Shown here: positions 19,759-28,967 of the stretch, one piece after another | Numbering within the stretch: position 1 is the stretch's first letter | Layout: each line of letters begins with the position of its first letter | Sequence record: LC727698.1 | Strand: one strand, 5' to 3' | Length of the DNA: 64,000 bases | The notes under the pieces: generated by a model | The model's database searches: none | What the model was told of the DNA's origin: nothing | Seen by the model: only the letters and a program-made list of their open reading frames with translations | Translations under genes and position numbers: made by a program

Positions 19759-20874
19759 ATGGCTAAAAAAGAAAACATCGTAGAAACGTATCTTCGTCCG
19801 ACGGAGTGTGCTGCAATTATCCGCGGCATGTTCAAGGCGAAGCGTCCTGTGTTCCTCTGGGGTCCGCCGGGGGTAGGCAAGTCGGATATTATCGCCCAGT
19901 TGGGTTTCGAGGCTGACCGGCCGGTCATCGACATGCGTCTGATCCTCATGGATCCCACTGATATCAAGGGCATTCCGTACTACGATCCGAAAACCAATAC
20001 CATGCGCTGGGCTATTCCGTCCGATCTTCCGCAACCCGGCGAAACTACCCTGGACAACGCCATCCTGTTCCTGGACGAAATGAACTCGGCGCCGGCAAGC
20101 GTGCAGGGCGCTGCATATCAGCTCATCCTGAACCGTGCCATCGGTTCGTATAAGCTGCCCGATGGCGTCGACATTGTCGCTGCTGGTAACCGCGATACCG
20201 ACAAAGGCGTTACTTATCGTATGCCTAGTCCGTTGGCCAACCGTTTCGTTCACTTGCAGATCGAAACCAACTTCGAGGACTGGCAGCAGTGGGCGCTTAA
20301 CAACACGGTACACCCGGATGTAGTTGGCTACCTCACCCAGCACAAGCAGAACCTGTTCTGCTTCGATCCCCAAGATCGTAGCAAGGCGTTTGCTACTCCT
20401 CGAGCCTGGAAGTTCGTGTCCGACATCCTCCAACTCGCAGGAATCAACAAGGACCACCTGCTACGTGCGACTATCGCAGGAACCGTCGGCGAAAGTCACA
20501 GCTACTCCTTCATGCAGCACATGAAGTATGCTTCGCAGCTTCCGAAGCCGGAAGATGTACTAACCGGCCGGGTAACCGATCTCAAAGTCGAAGAGATCAG
20601 TGCTCGTTACTCGCTCGTGGTCAGTATGTGCTACACTCTAAAAGAGTGGCTGGCTGACGTAGCTGACGCCGACAAGAAGTACACTACCGAGGATTGGCAC
20701 AAGTCGGTAAACTTGTTCTTCGAGTACATGATGAACAACTTTGCCCAAGAAATGGTCATCCTCGGCGCGCGTACTGCGTTGCGCGAATACCAACTGCCGA
20801 TCAACAGAAAGTTGATCCCTTGCTTCACTAAGTTCTTCCAAGAGTACGGCAAGTTTATTGTCGACTCGAACTAA
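19759..20874 (+). CDS. MoxR-like AAA+ ATPase
   Basis: Walker A GPPGVGKS, Walker B LFLDE, AAGNR, LANRF; much higher GC than the flanks. Confidence 0.88.
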   Translation: MAKKENIVETYLRPTECAAIIRGMFKAKRPVFLWGPPGVGKSDIIAQLGFEADRPVIDMRLILMDPTDIKGIPYYDPKTNTMRWAIPSDLPQPGETTLDNAILFLDEMNSAPASVQGAAYQLILNRAIGSYKLPDGVDIVAAGNRDTDKGVTYRMPSPLANRFVHLQIETNFEDWQQWALNNTVHPDVVGYLTQHKQNLFCFDPQDRSKAFATPRAWKFVSDILQLAGINKDHLLRATIAGTVGESHSYSFMQHMKYASQLPKPEDVLTGRVTDLKVEEISARYSLVVSMCYTLKEWLADVADADKKYTTEDWHKSVNLFFEYMMNNFAQEMVILGARTALREYQLPINRKLIPCFTKFFQEYGKFIVDSN

Positions 20875-20882
20875 GTAAGGGC

Positions 20883-20917
20883 AAAATAAAAGGGGCTTAA
20901 AGCCCCTTTTATTTTAT
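20883..20917. terminator. Rho-independent terminator
   Basis: AAAAGGGGC-ttaaa-GCCCCTTTT. Confidence 0.85.
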
Positions 20918-20943
20918 ATATTCATAGGATACAGAATTATAGA

Positions 20944-21399
20944 ATGAGAACACTAACTTCATCTTTGTTTGTCATTATAATGACATTAGTAAATATTCTT
21001 TCTGTAATATATATGTATGTTACTAACGTGCCATTATTTTATATGCTTGTTGCATTTCCTAATCAGTGTGTTATATTATTAATTTCCTGTGTATACAGAA
21101 AAATCATAGCAGAATTTTTTTATATAAAGAGATTTAGTTTTTATAAACTAGAGGTCGTTTTAGATAAGCAAAGAGGGAGCTCAACAAAATATATTTTAAA
21201 ATTAAATGTATTGGGCGAAACATATTATTTCGATTTTCATGACAATTCTTTTTGCTGTCTTCCTATTTATGCAAATTTATATACTAATTCAGAATCATTG
21301 GCACTTAAAACATTTCAAAATTATGAAGACCAAGCTGAGCTATATAAAAAGAGCAGCGCCATTACTACTGTAATAAAATCCAGCAAAGGTACTAAGTAG
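20944..21399 (+). CDS. Hypothetical membrane protein
   Basis: Two TM-like segments; similar to 21401..21859. Confidence 0.6.
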   Translation: MRTLTSSLFVIIMTLVNILSVIYMYVTNVPLFYMLVAFPNQCVILLISCVYRKIIAEFFYIKRFSFYKLEVVLDKQRGSSTKYILKLNVLGETYYFDFHDNSFCCLPIYANLYTNSESLALKTFQNYEDQAELYKKSSAITTVIKSSKGTK

Positions 21400-21400
21400 T

Positions 21401-21859
21401 ATGAGACTTCCGTTCAGTAATATATGTTTAATATTAGTACCTTTATTTGCTGTATTGATTACTATATGTATTATTCTAGAATACCAAGAACATGTCGTAC
21501 TGGCACTAGTAATAATACCTTTAATAGTATGTGTACTGTCTGTCAGTATATGCGGGATTGCGATATTGTTTTATTTGATGATTCTCTGCGAAATATCTGA
21601 AAATAAATATTTTACTTCATTCGAAATAGAAGCTATAAAAAGAAAAGGTAAACCTACATTATATTTTATAAAAAAGATATGGCTGTCCGAAATATTTTAT
21701 TTTAATATAAAACAAAATAGATTTTCTATAAGAAGACATATACATAGTTCGTATGATTCATTAGAAAAAGCACTAAAAGAAGTAGAACATATATATAAAC
21801 AATACACAGAGACAGAATATAATAAAGTTGTGTTTAAAAAAAGGAAAAAATTAATATGA
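21401..21859 (+). CDS. Hypothetical membrane protein (paralog of the upstream gene)
   Basis: Same layout; T(K/L)Y(I/F)(L/I)K...(T/I)(Y/F)YF motif shared. Confidence 0.6.
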   Translation: MRLPFSNICLILVPLFAVLITICIILEYQEHVVLALVIIPLIVCVLSVSICGIAILFYLMILCEISENKYFTSFEIEAIKRKGKPTLYFIKKIWLSEIFYFNIKQNRFSIRRHIHSSYDSLEKALKEVEHIYKQYTETEYNKVVFKKRKKLI

Positions 21860-22209
21860 TCGTCAGCGAGATTATATATTCTATTTTCATAGCTGCATTA
21901 ATAACAGTTATGACTATACTATATATAAGTCTCAGAATAATAACATGTAAGATATTAAATAAGTCACTAAAGATTTCAGCTAATGTAATTATATATGGTA
22001 CCTCTAATATAGAATATGTATATATTCCTGAAATAAAATATAAATTTCTTTCTTTTAAAATAACACATTCTGGTTTAGTTATGTTTGACAAAGAGTTTGG
22101 ATTTAGAACACTAAACGATGCCATAAATGCATTAAATATGTATGTAGACGCCGATATTATAAAAATAGTATATAAAAAGGTACCCACATTTTATACTTGG
22201 CACGAATAA
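21856..22209 (+). CDS. Hypothetical membrane protein
   Basis: N-terminal TM segment; ATGA overlap. Confidence 0.55.
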   Translation: MIVSEIIYSIFIAALITVMTILYISLRIITCKILNKSLKISANVIIYGTSNIEYVYIPEIKYKFLSFKITHSGLVMFDKEFGFRTLNDAINALNMYVDADIIKIVYKKVPTFYTWHE

Positions 22210-23705
22210 TGGATAACTTTGATATAGAATTAAAAGAACTCATAAAAAATACAAATCCTAACGCATTAGGAAATGTAGTAAAAAGTAAAAAAGAAATATA
22301 TGAGGAATTAGTTCGTCGAACTAATTCCTTTCTTCGTGACGACGTTTCTGTGACAGAAAGGATTCATATATACTTAAATCCGGCTGATAATGTTTACTGT
22401 AAGTATGATAACAAACGGACACTAAAGCGAAATAAAGATACAAAACAAACCCAATACGGATTTTGCGGAAATAAAAGTAAATGTAAATGCCATATGGAAT
22501 GGTCTTTAAAAAATCATCCAGGCATGACACAATCCGGAAAAGAAAGTATGAAAACAAAAAGGATAAAAACTTGGATAGAAAAATACGGTGTCGATAATCC
22601 ATCTAAGTCAAAAGATATTATTGCAAAACAGCAATTAAGTAAAAAACATATAAAGCCAGATCATAGAACTATAAAGGAATTGGGATATAAAAAAGTAGTA
22701 GAACGACTTTCTAACATACTCACCCCTACGTTTAGTATAGACGAGTACGAAGGGTGCTTTAGAAAAAATGTGTATGACTGGATATGCAATGCATGCGGAA
22801 ATATAGTAATCGGACACGTAGATTATGGGTCTACTCCGAGGTGCAATGTTTGTAATCCTTTAACAAAGTCTGCCGGCGAAAATGAAATATCTAACTATAT
22901 AGTATCGCTAGGTTTTGATGTGATTAACAATGACCGATCTATATTATCTAACAAAGAATTAGATATAGTAATTAAAGGTACAAACATAGCAATAGAATAT
23001 AATGGTTGTTATTGGCATTCTACAAAACACAGAAAAAAATCATATCATGTAGATAAATTTATAGAATGCAGAGATAAAGGAATAAAGTTAATACAAATTT
23101 TAGATGTAGATTGGATATCAAAACAAGACATAATAAAATCAAGGTTAAAATCTATTTTAGGTTGTAGTGATAGAATATATGCAAGGAATACAACCATAAA
23201 AGAAATAACATTTAACGAATCTTTAACTTTTTTAGAAGAAACTCACATCCAAGGTTCTTGTCAATCATCTGTAAGACTAGGTCTATACGACAATGAGAAT
23301 TTGTTAGTAGCCGTAATGACATTTGGGAAATCTAGATATACAAAAGAGGAATATGAATTACTTAGATATGCTAGCAAAAATACTGTTGTAGGAGGAGCCA
23401 GCAAACTTCTTAAATATTTCATAAAAACATATTCCCCTAAATCTATTATTACATATGCAGACAGGTGTTGGTCAGATGGAAATTTATATAAACAGCTCGG
23501 GTTTACAAATGTAACCAAGAATGACAGAAATACAGGTTATTGGTATATAAAAGACAACATAAAATATCATAGATCTAATTTCATAAAATCTAAGATTTCT
23601 AATAAAAATAATTTACATCTAAGCGAATCAGAAATAATGGATAGTTTAGGTTATTTAAAATATTACGATTGCGGCAATTACAAATATACATTGCAGGTAC
23701 GCTAG
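22209..23705 (+). CDS. Second free-standing Vsr-like/EDxHD homing endonuclease
   Basis: SAGENEI...ELDIVI..IAIEYNGCYWHS core; C-terminal half clearly homologous to 4680..6362; TAATG coupling. Confidence 0.82.
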   Translation: MDNFDIELKELIKNTNPNALGNVVKSKKEIYEELVRRTNSFLRDDVSVTERIHIYLNPADNVYCKYDNKRTLKRNKDTKQTQYGFCGNKSKCKCHMEWSLKNHPGMTQSGKESMKTKRIKTWIEKYGVDNPSKSKDIIAKQQLSKKHIKPDHRTIKELGYKKVVERLSNILTPTFSIDEYEGCFRKNVYDWICNACGNIVIGHVDYGSTPRCNVCNPLTKSAGENEISNYIVSLGFDVINNDRSILSNKELDIVIKGTNIAIEYNGCYWHSTKHRKKSYHVDKFIECRDKGIKLIQILDVDWISKQDIIKSRLKSILGCSDRIYARNTTIKEITFNESLTFLEETHIQGSCQSSVRLGLYDNENLLVAVMTFGKSRYTKEEYELLRYASKNTVVGGASKLLKYFIKTYSPKSIITYADRCWSDGNLYKQLGFTNVTKNDRNTGYWYIKDNIKYHRSNFIKSKISNKNNLHLSESEIMDSLGYLKYYDCGNYKYTLQVR

Positions 23706-23719
23706 CATAATGTTATACT
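23691..23719 (+). promoter_or_regulatory. Sigma70-like promoter for the vWA gene
   Basis: TTGCAG-N17-TATACT, overlapping the endonuclease stop. Confidence 0.6.
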
Positions 23720-23760
23720 TGTAACGTAACACAAAACATATCATTTTAACGGAGCATTAT

Positions 23761-24945
23761 ATGTCCACTAAAACCCTAGAAGAACGCATCATCCGCGCCC
23801 GTGTTCAGTTGCTGTTGAACCATCCGTTTTTCGGGACCTTGGCGCTGCGCCTTAAACTAGTCGAGGCGAACGACTGGTGCCCTACTGCCGGTACTGATGG
23901 ACGCCATCTTTATTATAATACCAAGTTCCTCGAAGACTTGGACGATAAGGAACTTATCTTCCTCATCGGTCATGAGGTAATGCACGTCGTCTACGACCAC
24001 ATGGGGCGGCGTGGCAGCAGAGAGCCTAAACTGTGGAACTGTGCTGCTGACTTTGTTATCAACCTCGAATTGCACGATATGAAGATCGGCAAGCTTATCC
24101 ACCGTCCGGGTACTTGCGAGCCGTGCTTTGATGAAAAGTACCGCGGAATGTCCGCTGACCAGATCTATGAACTAATTAAGAAAGATCCGTCACTAAAAGA
24201 TAAAGATAGCTTCGACGTTCACCTCGAACCCGGTGGTGCCGGGAATGAAGACGGCGATGCTTCTGGCAAATCCGGTCCTATCCCTATGTCTGCAGATGAG
24301 CAAGCTGCTCTTCGGGACGAGATCACTGAAGCTGTTCTTCAGGCTGCTAAAGCTGCTGGTGTCGGCAACACTCCGGCAGGTGTGCGTCAGATGATCAGTG
24401 ACATCACTGAACCTAAACTAGATTGGCGCGAATTGCTAAACCAGACTATTCCGTCGCACATTAAATCCGACTATATGTGGACTCGTCCGTCGCGGAAGAG
24501 TTGGGGAACTGGTGCGACTCTGCCGGGTCAGATTGTTGATGACAAAATCGATGTTATCCTGGCACTAGACGCCTCTGGTTCGATTAGCTCTTCTCAGCTA
24601 AGGGATTTCTTAGGAGAAGTGTTAGGAATTATGGAACAGTTTAGTGACTTTTCCATACAAGTGCTAACGTTTGATACTAGAGTGTATGAATTCCGAAAAT
24701 ATACTCCCGACAATGCAGACGAAATCTATGAGTATCCCCTTAAAGGCGGCGGCGGCACCGATTTTGTGGCTGTGTTTAACTTCCTTAAAGATACGCTCAC
24801 TGAACCGCCGCATCAGTTAGTATTCTTCACTGACATGGAAGTGTATGACTACGGCGATCCTAACTATTGCGATACTGTGTTTATAAACCACGGTCGCAAA
24901 GGTGTAACTGCACCGTTTGGCATCACCATCGACTACGACGAATAA
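23761..24945 (+). CDS. DUF2201-type metallopeptidase + vWA domain protein (probable MoxR partner)
   Basis: TAGTDG, HEVMH (HExxH), WNCAAD, MIDAS LDASGSIS, GGGGTDF. Confidence 0.85.
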   Translation: MSTKTLEERIIRARVQLLLNHPFFGTLALRLKLVEANDWCPTAGTDGRHLYYNTKFLEDLDDKELIFLIGHEVMHVVYDHMGRRGSREPKLWNCAADFVINLELHDMKIGKLIHRPGTCEPCFDEKYRGMSADQIYELIKKDPSLKDKDSFDVHLEPGGAGNEDGDASGKSGPIPMSADEQAALRDEITEAVLQAAKAAGVGNTPAGVRQMISDITEPKLDWRELLNQTIPSHIKSDYMWTRPSRKSWGTGATLPGQIVDDKIDVILALDASGSISSSQLRDFLGEVLGIMEQFSDFSIQVLTFDTRVYEFRKYTPDNADEIYEYPLKGGGGTDFVAVFNFLKDTLTEPPHQLVFFTDMEVYDYGDPNYCDTVFINHGRKGVTAPFGITIDYDE

Positions 24946-24957
24946 TCGTAGGTTAAA

Positions 24958-24990
24958 ACAAAAAAGGGGCTTATAAGCCCCTTTTTTGTT
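24958..24990. terminator. Rho-independent terminator
   Basis: AAAAAAGGGGCTT-at-AAGCCCCTTTTTT. Confidence 0.85.
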
Positions 24991-24991
24991 G

Positions 24992-25140
24992 ACTAGTTTT
25001 AACTACTTAAAGCGCTGTAGCATAGCTGTACATAAGCGCTAAATTAGCGCAAATTTGCGTGTTTTTATGCGTTACAATACATAGCTAATACTACGCATGC
25101 AAAACGCGCTATAGCGCAAATTTGCGTGTTTTAAGCACAT
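24992..25140. repeat. GA/GG/TC/CC-free tract A with a 21-bp direct repeat
   Basis: 149 nt lacking the four dinucleotides; TAGCGCAAATTTGCGTGTTTT at 25045-25065 and 25112-25132. Confidence 0.85.
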
Positions 25141-25226
25141 CTACTATACTTTTTATTTTGCATTGTATTTAATGCACAGGGACAGTATTGTATGCTTGTT
25201 TGTGTCAAATAAGACAATAAAATGTT

Positions 25227-25469
25227 ATGTTACATTATATTCCAGTTATACTATTCGTTTATTTTATAGGAAACATATTATCATTGTTTTTATACAATGT
25301 AGTATCATACAGCACACTATTTCCATATAGTATGTTACACAAACAAAACCACAAGCAAACTCTGTTTCATAAATTTATAAAAATGTGGTGGTTTTCTTAC
25401 TTAAACATTATTGTACTCAGTTGTGCTTGCATATATGTAATAGGCAAAAAATATATAAAGAGAATTTGA
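25227..25469 (+). CDS. Small hypothetical membrane protein
   Basis: Hydrophobic ORF before a terminator. Confidence 0.4.
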   Translation: MLHYIPVILFVYFIGNILSLFLYNVVSYSTLFPYSMLHKQNHKQTLFHKFIKMWWFSYLNIIVLSCACIYVIGKKYIKRI

Positions 25470-25524
25470 AATATTATAAAGATTTTATTAAGATTATGAT
25501 AAATTTAATATAGAACTAATTTAC

Positions 25525-25555
25525 AAAATAAAAGGGCTTAACGCCCTTTTATTTT
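25525..25555. terminator. Bidirectional terminator between convergent blocks
   Basis: AAAATAAAAGGGC-ttaac-GCCCTTTTATTTT. Confidence 0.8.
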
Positions 25556-25561
25556 AATCAA

Positions 25562-25882
25562 TTATTCTATTTTTGCATGAATAGTACATAGCATATTGTG
25601 ATATGCTTCCTGGTATTCAGATTCTAGTTTAATCATATCTAAGTAGATAAAAATAGCCTCTATTTTGCCTAACTTAGACAACCGTTCATCTTTTTTGCTC
25701 TTAATTAGATTTCCTATAAACTGTCTGTCAAATTTATTAACAGAACCGTTTTCACAAATAACTTCTACATAATCTACATAAGAAAGATGTAAATCGTCTA
25801 AGCTTATGCTAGGCAGAAATTCTTCTATATCAAACGAAATCCCCTCCTGTTCGGGGAGTTTTTTAAGATAGATTTTGGCCAT
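25562..25882 (-). CDS. Hypothetical protein
   Basis: GGAG RBS on the minus strand. Confidence 0.65.
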   Translation of the reverse strand: MAKIYLKKLPEQEGISFDIEEFLPSISLDDLHLSYVDYVEVICENGSVNKFDRQFIGNLIKSKKDERLSKLGKIEAIFIYLDMIKLESEYQEAYHNMLCTIHAKIE

Positions 25883-26015
25883 ATATGCTACTCCGTTCTA
25901 TGCATATAGATATTTAGCAATTATACAAAAATGCATAGTTTTAATAGCACACACAAACACGATGCAGCGTATTAGTTAGTTTTATTACCAAGCAAAATTG
26001 TGCATTTTTTGCCCA

Positions 26016-26046
26016 AAAAAAACAGCCCTAGCTAGGGCTGTTTTGT
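26016..26046 (-). terminator. Rho-independent terminator
   Basis: AAAAACAGCCCTA-gc-TAGGGCTGTTTTT. Confidence 0.8.
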
Positions 26047-26049
26047 TAG

Positions 26050-26319
26050 TTAAAGCTTTTCTAAAACAAGTGTTAGCGCATCTTCTCCTATATTAAAGTG
26101 TTGTGTCGCACTAACATGACAAAACTTGCCATATATATCTAATGCAGATATTACAACATCTTCAATAACTTTTTCTATCATTTCACTAGTATCTTTACAT
26201 CTACATTTTAGTGTAATGTTATCCATAGTTTCTTCAATGGATATAATATTAATGCCCTTTACTTCTAAAGCTTCTTTTATTTCTTGCATTTTACTCCGCG
26301 CGAGTGGAATCGCGCTCAA
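26050..26319 (-). CDS. Hypothetical protein
   Basis: Packed minus-strand ORF. Confidence 0.55.
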   Translation of the reverse strand: MSAIPLARSKMQEIKEALEVKGINIISIEETMDNITLKCRCKDTSEMIEKVIEDVVISALDIYGKFCHVSATQHFNIGEDALTLVLEKL

Positions 26320-27031
26320 GTTTTTGAGAAACCTTAAGTTCTAATTCCTCAACGGCCTTAGCTTTGCTTTCTTCTAGTAAAGCTCTAGCCTTTTCTTCTT
26401 CTCGTTTCTGCCTAGCTTCCCTGCGCTTTTCCTTGCGTTTTTCTAGGCGCTCTTTGTAACGTTCTTCTAGTTCTTCTTCTGTAAGTTCACGCTGACGACC
26501 TGGGGCTGGTTTTAGTTCAGGACATAAAGAATATGCAAGCTCTAACTTTGCATCAGCCTCTTCTTTAAGCAACCGTGCTTGAACTATAAGACCTTCTGCT
26601 CGTTGTTTATCAGTAATAGATTCTTCAACTACAGGTACTGATGCAGTTTCTGTATGTACAGGGTCGGCGCCTGCTAATGCAGCTTCACGTATCTGAGAAT
26701 TAATAAGTTCTAAAGCAACATTAGTACCTGGGTACGGTTGCATAAAAACCTGTCTAACTTCCACTTTGCGTAAAAAAGACCGATCGTGCATTGTACGAAG
26801 TGCAGGCAATCCGTCACCTAAAAGTTTATTATTTAGGACAGTATACAAATCGACAGAATTTTGTCCTTCTCTACTTTCAACTATAGTTTTTAGGTTATCT
26901 TGGTACATGTCTGGTAGTCTATCTATTTCAACTACTAAACAATGAGTAGGATCATCGGGTAATTCCCGGAACACGACATACACACGTGTTCCGGTATTAG
27001 CGATTTTCCCTATGTGGCGCTTAAGACTCAT
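26291..27031 (-). CDS. Hypothetical protein with charged coiled-coil C-terminus
   Basis: 246-aa ORF with GGAGA RBS. Confidence 0.75.
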   Translation of the reverse strand: MSLKRHIGKIANTGTRVYVVFRELPDDPTHCLVVEIDRLPDMYQDNLKTIVESREGQNSVDLYTVLNNKLLGDGLPALRTMHDRSFLRKVEVRQVFMQPYPGTNVALELINSQIREAALAGADPVHTETASVPVVEESITDKQRAEGLIVQARLLKEEADAKLELAYSLCPELKPAPGRQRELTEEELEERYKERLEKRKEKRREARQKREEEKARALLEESKAKAVEELELKVSQKLERDSTRAE

Positions 27032-27048
27032 TAGGAAATCTCCGTGTA

Positions 27049-27321
27049 TTATTTGGCTTCAGTTTCAGCTTCTTGCTCTTCTTGTTTAGGTTCAATTGCT
27101 GATACAAAAGATTTAACTTTACTAAACACTCCACCGACGCTGGCCATTTCTTCTGCGCGGAATGCTCCGCGTTGGCATGCAACATCAACTATGGTTAGTA
27201 AATCTTTAATGTCTTGTACACCTAGACGAGGTTCTTCGCTTGCTTGTTCAGTCATATTCTCTTGATCTACAACTTCTTTTTCTACAACTTCTTTTTCTAC
27301 AGCTTTAGCTTTCTTAGCCAT
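27049..27321 (-). CDS. Small acidic hypothetical protein
   Basis: GGAGA RBS; core DVACQRGAFRAEE. Confidence 0.75.
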   Translation of the reverse strand: MAKKAKAVEKEVVEKEVVDQENMTEQASEEPRLGVQDIKDLLTIVDVACQRGAFRAEEMASVGGVFSKVKSFVSAIEPKQEEQEAETEAK

Positions 27322-27916
27322 TTAACATTTCTCCGTAATTGTGTGTCGGGCTCGATTCAATTTCTGATATACATTTTTTATCAGTAATAATTATTAAGTT
27401 TGAATCCCACGGCAAATAAAATTTCCAATCACTATCTCTTATTAAAATAGGTAATTGTTGCCTACGAGAAACAAGTTCATAATAAGTAGGTCTATGTGGC
27501 ATTTTAATGGGAATAATATTCTTGTTATCGCCTTTTTTGTTATTACAAACTTTACATGCAGTGCATATATTAGTCCAATTTGTCTTACCACCGTATCTCT
27601 TAGGTAAAACATGATCTAGTGTTAGCTGTTTAACAGGAAACGTTCTAAAACAAAACTGACACTGATAGTTATCCCTTAAATATACGTTGTTTCTGGAAAA
27701 CTTTGTTTTATGATTCCATTTAATGTATTCAGTTGACATTACAATAGACGGAACCTTCATAGTAATACTGGGAGAATTAACTTCCCAATTGTCGTAATTT
27801 TTTAAAATTTCGACCTTGCCAAGCGATACTAATTTAATACTAGTTTGCCAGTCTACAACAGATAATGGTAACATGCATAACGGATTACCGTCTTTGTTAA
27901 GTATCAAAGTATCCAT
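27314..27916 (-). CDS. HNH endonuclease (McrA-like)
   Basis: RDNYQCQFC...LTLDHVLP...GGKTNWTN...CKVCNNKKG. Confidence 0.9.
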   Translation of the reverse strand: MDTLILNKDGNPLCMLPLSVVDWQTSIKLVSLGKVEILKNYDNWEVNSPSITMKVPSIVMSTEYIKWNHKTKFSRNNVYLRDNYQCQFCFRTFPVKQLTLDHVLPKRYGGKTNWTNICTACKVCNNKKGDNKNIIPIKMPHRPTYYELVSRRQQLPILIRDSDWKFYLPWDSNLIIITDKKCISEIESSPTHNYGEMLNG

Positions 27917-27943
27917 TTATAAACTACACAGTTATTTATCTTT

Positions 27944-28186
27944 TTATTTCATGTATTTCTTTAATTCTTCCGGAAAACCTTTTAATGTTACAAACACTTG
28001 ATCTTCCTGTTTTTCGAAATCAATGTTATAAAAAATTTCATTTTTTGTAGGTTGTATTTCTTCTAAAATAGTATACTTTCCATCACAATTAGAGTCTAGC
28101 CATACACCTAAGTAAAGCTTAAATACCTCTCCTAACCCGTTAGCAGATCGTTGTACACTAAACCTAGTCATATTAACAAAATCCAC
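27944..28186 (-). CDS. Hypothetical protein
   Basis: Packed ORF. Confidence 0.55.
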   Translation of the reverse strand: MDFVNMTRFSVQRSANGLGEVFKLYLGVWLDSNCDGKYTILEEIQPTKNEIFYNIDFEKQEDQVFVTLKGFPEELKKYMK

Positions 28187-28421
28187 TTAATATTCCTGGG
28201 TCTACATATTGTGAAAAGTATACAGTAGATCTACTATCTTGTATTTTTATATACCAAGGATATTTTATATTGGTACTAATAACTGCAATGAGTTTTTCTA
28301 CTTCATCCTTAGAAATATGAACTACATATTTGTTATAAAGTAAATTAGAATATAGAGTAGTGCCTTTTAATGAATAAAATTCGTCTTCTGTTAATCTATA
28401 TTCCCGTGTGACAGAAATCAT
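28173..28421 (-). CDS. Hypothetical protein
   Basis: AAGGAG RBS. Confidence 0.6.
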   Translation of the reverse strand: MISVTREYRLTEDEFYSLKGTTLYSNLLYNKYVVHISKDEVEKLIAVISTNIKYPWYIKIQDSRSTVYFSQYVDPGILSGFC

Positions 28422-28541
28422 ATACGTTTCTCCTTTTATTAAAGTATTTATCTACGTATATATTTCCTAAGAAGGGAAACAACGCCTTCCCTAGCTAGTG
28501 TGCATATTATATAACAGCATATTACCGTTGTCAATATATTT

Positions 28542-28967
28542 TTAACTAGTCTTTGTCAGAAGGTAAGTATGTTCATTATTGGTATTTTTGTTTGACTGTA
28601 TTGTGTAACCATATTGAGTAGCCATTTTTGTTGCGAGTCTATTGTATAATTTAACTCTAGATGGCTCGGATAGATCGGCAGTAAAATATATTTGGTTAGG
28701 TTTTAATTCAGAAATAGCACGTTTGGTAATATCTAATATAGTAGAGAATACTTTAAATTCATTGCCGGTTCCAGTGACCGCAGTATCATAATAATAATCG
28801 TCAACATCAACTTCCTTTGCAGTAAACGATATTAATAGTCTTCCATTAACCATAGTTTCTATGACTCTATATTTCATATTACCAACAATAAAATATGCAT
28901 TAACGGTTCCATTAGTGTTGGTATACTGATATTTTTCAATCTGATCGAATAGTTCAAATAAGTGCAT
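28542..28967 (-). CDS. Putative internal virion protein
   Basis: N-terminal MHLFE (L-x-E); AGGA RBS; upstream TAAATA. Confidence 0.5.
   Translation of the reverse strand: MHLFELFDQIEKYQYTNTNGTVNAYFIVGNMKYRVIETMVNGRLLISFTAKEVDVDDYYYDTAVTGTGNEFKVFSTILDITKRAISELKPNQIYFTADLSEPSRVKLYNRLATKMATQYGYTIQSNKNTNNEHTYLLTKTS

Noticed and set aside
19674-20852. Long antisense and alternate-frame ORFs over the MoxR gene (e.g. 19753..20457)
   Set aside because: Shadow ORFs expected from GC-rich codon usage; the + frame has clear AAA motifs.
24992-25140. CRISPR array interpretation of the repeat tracts
   Set aside because: Only two copies per repeat, no regular unique spacers and no cas genes in the window.
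27269-27302. Tandem 15-bp repeat ACAACTTCTTTTTCT
   Set aside because: Just encodes VEKEVVEKEVV in the minus-strand protein.
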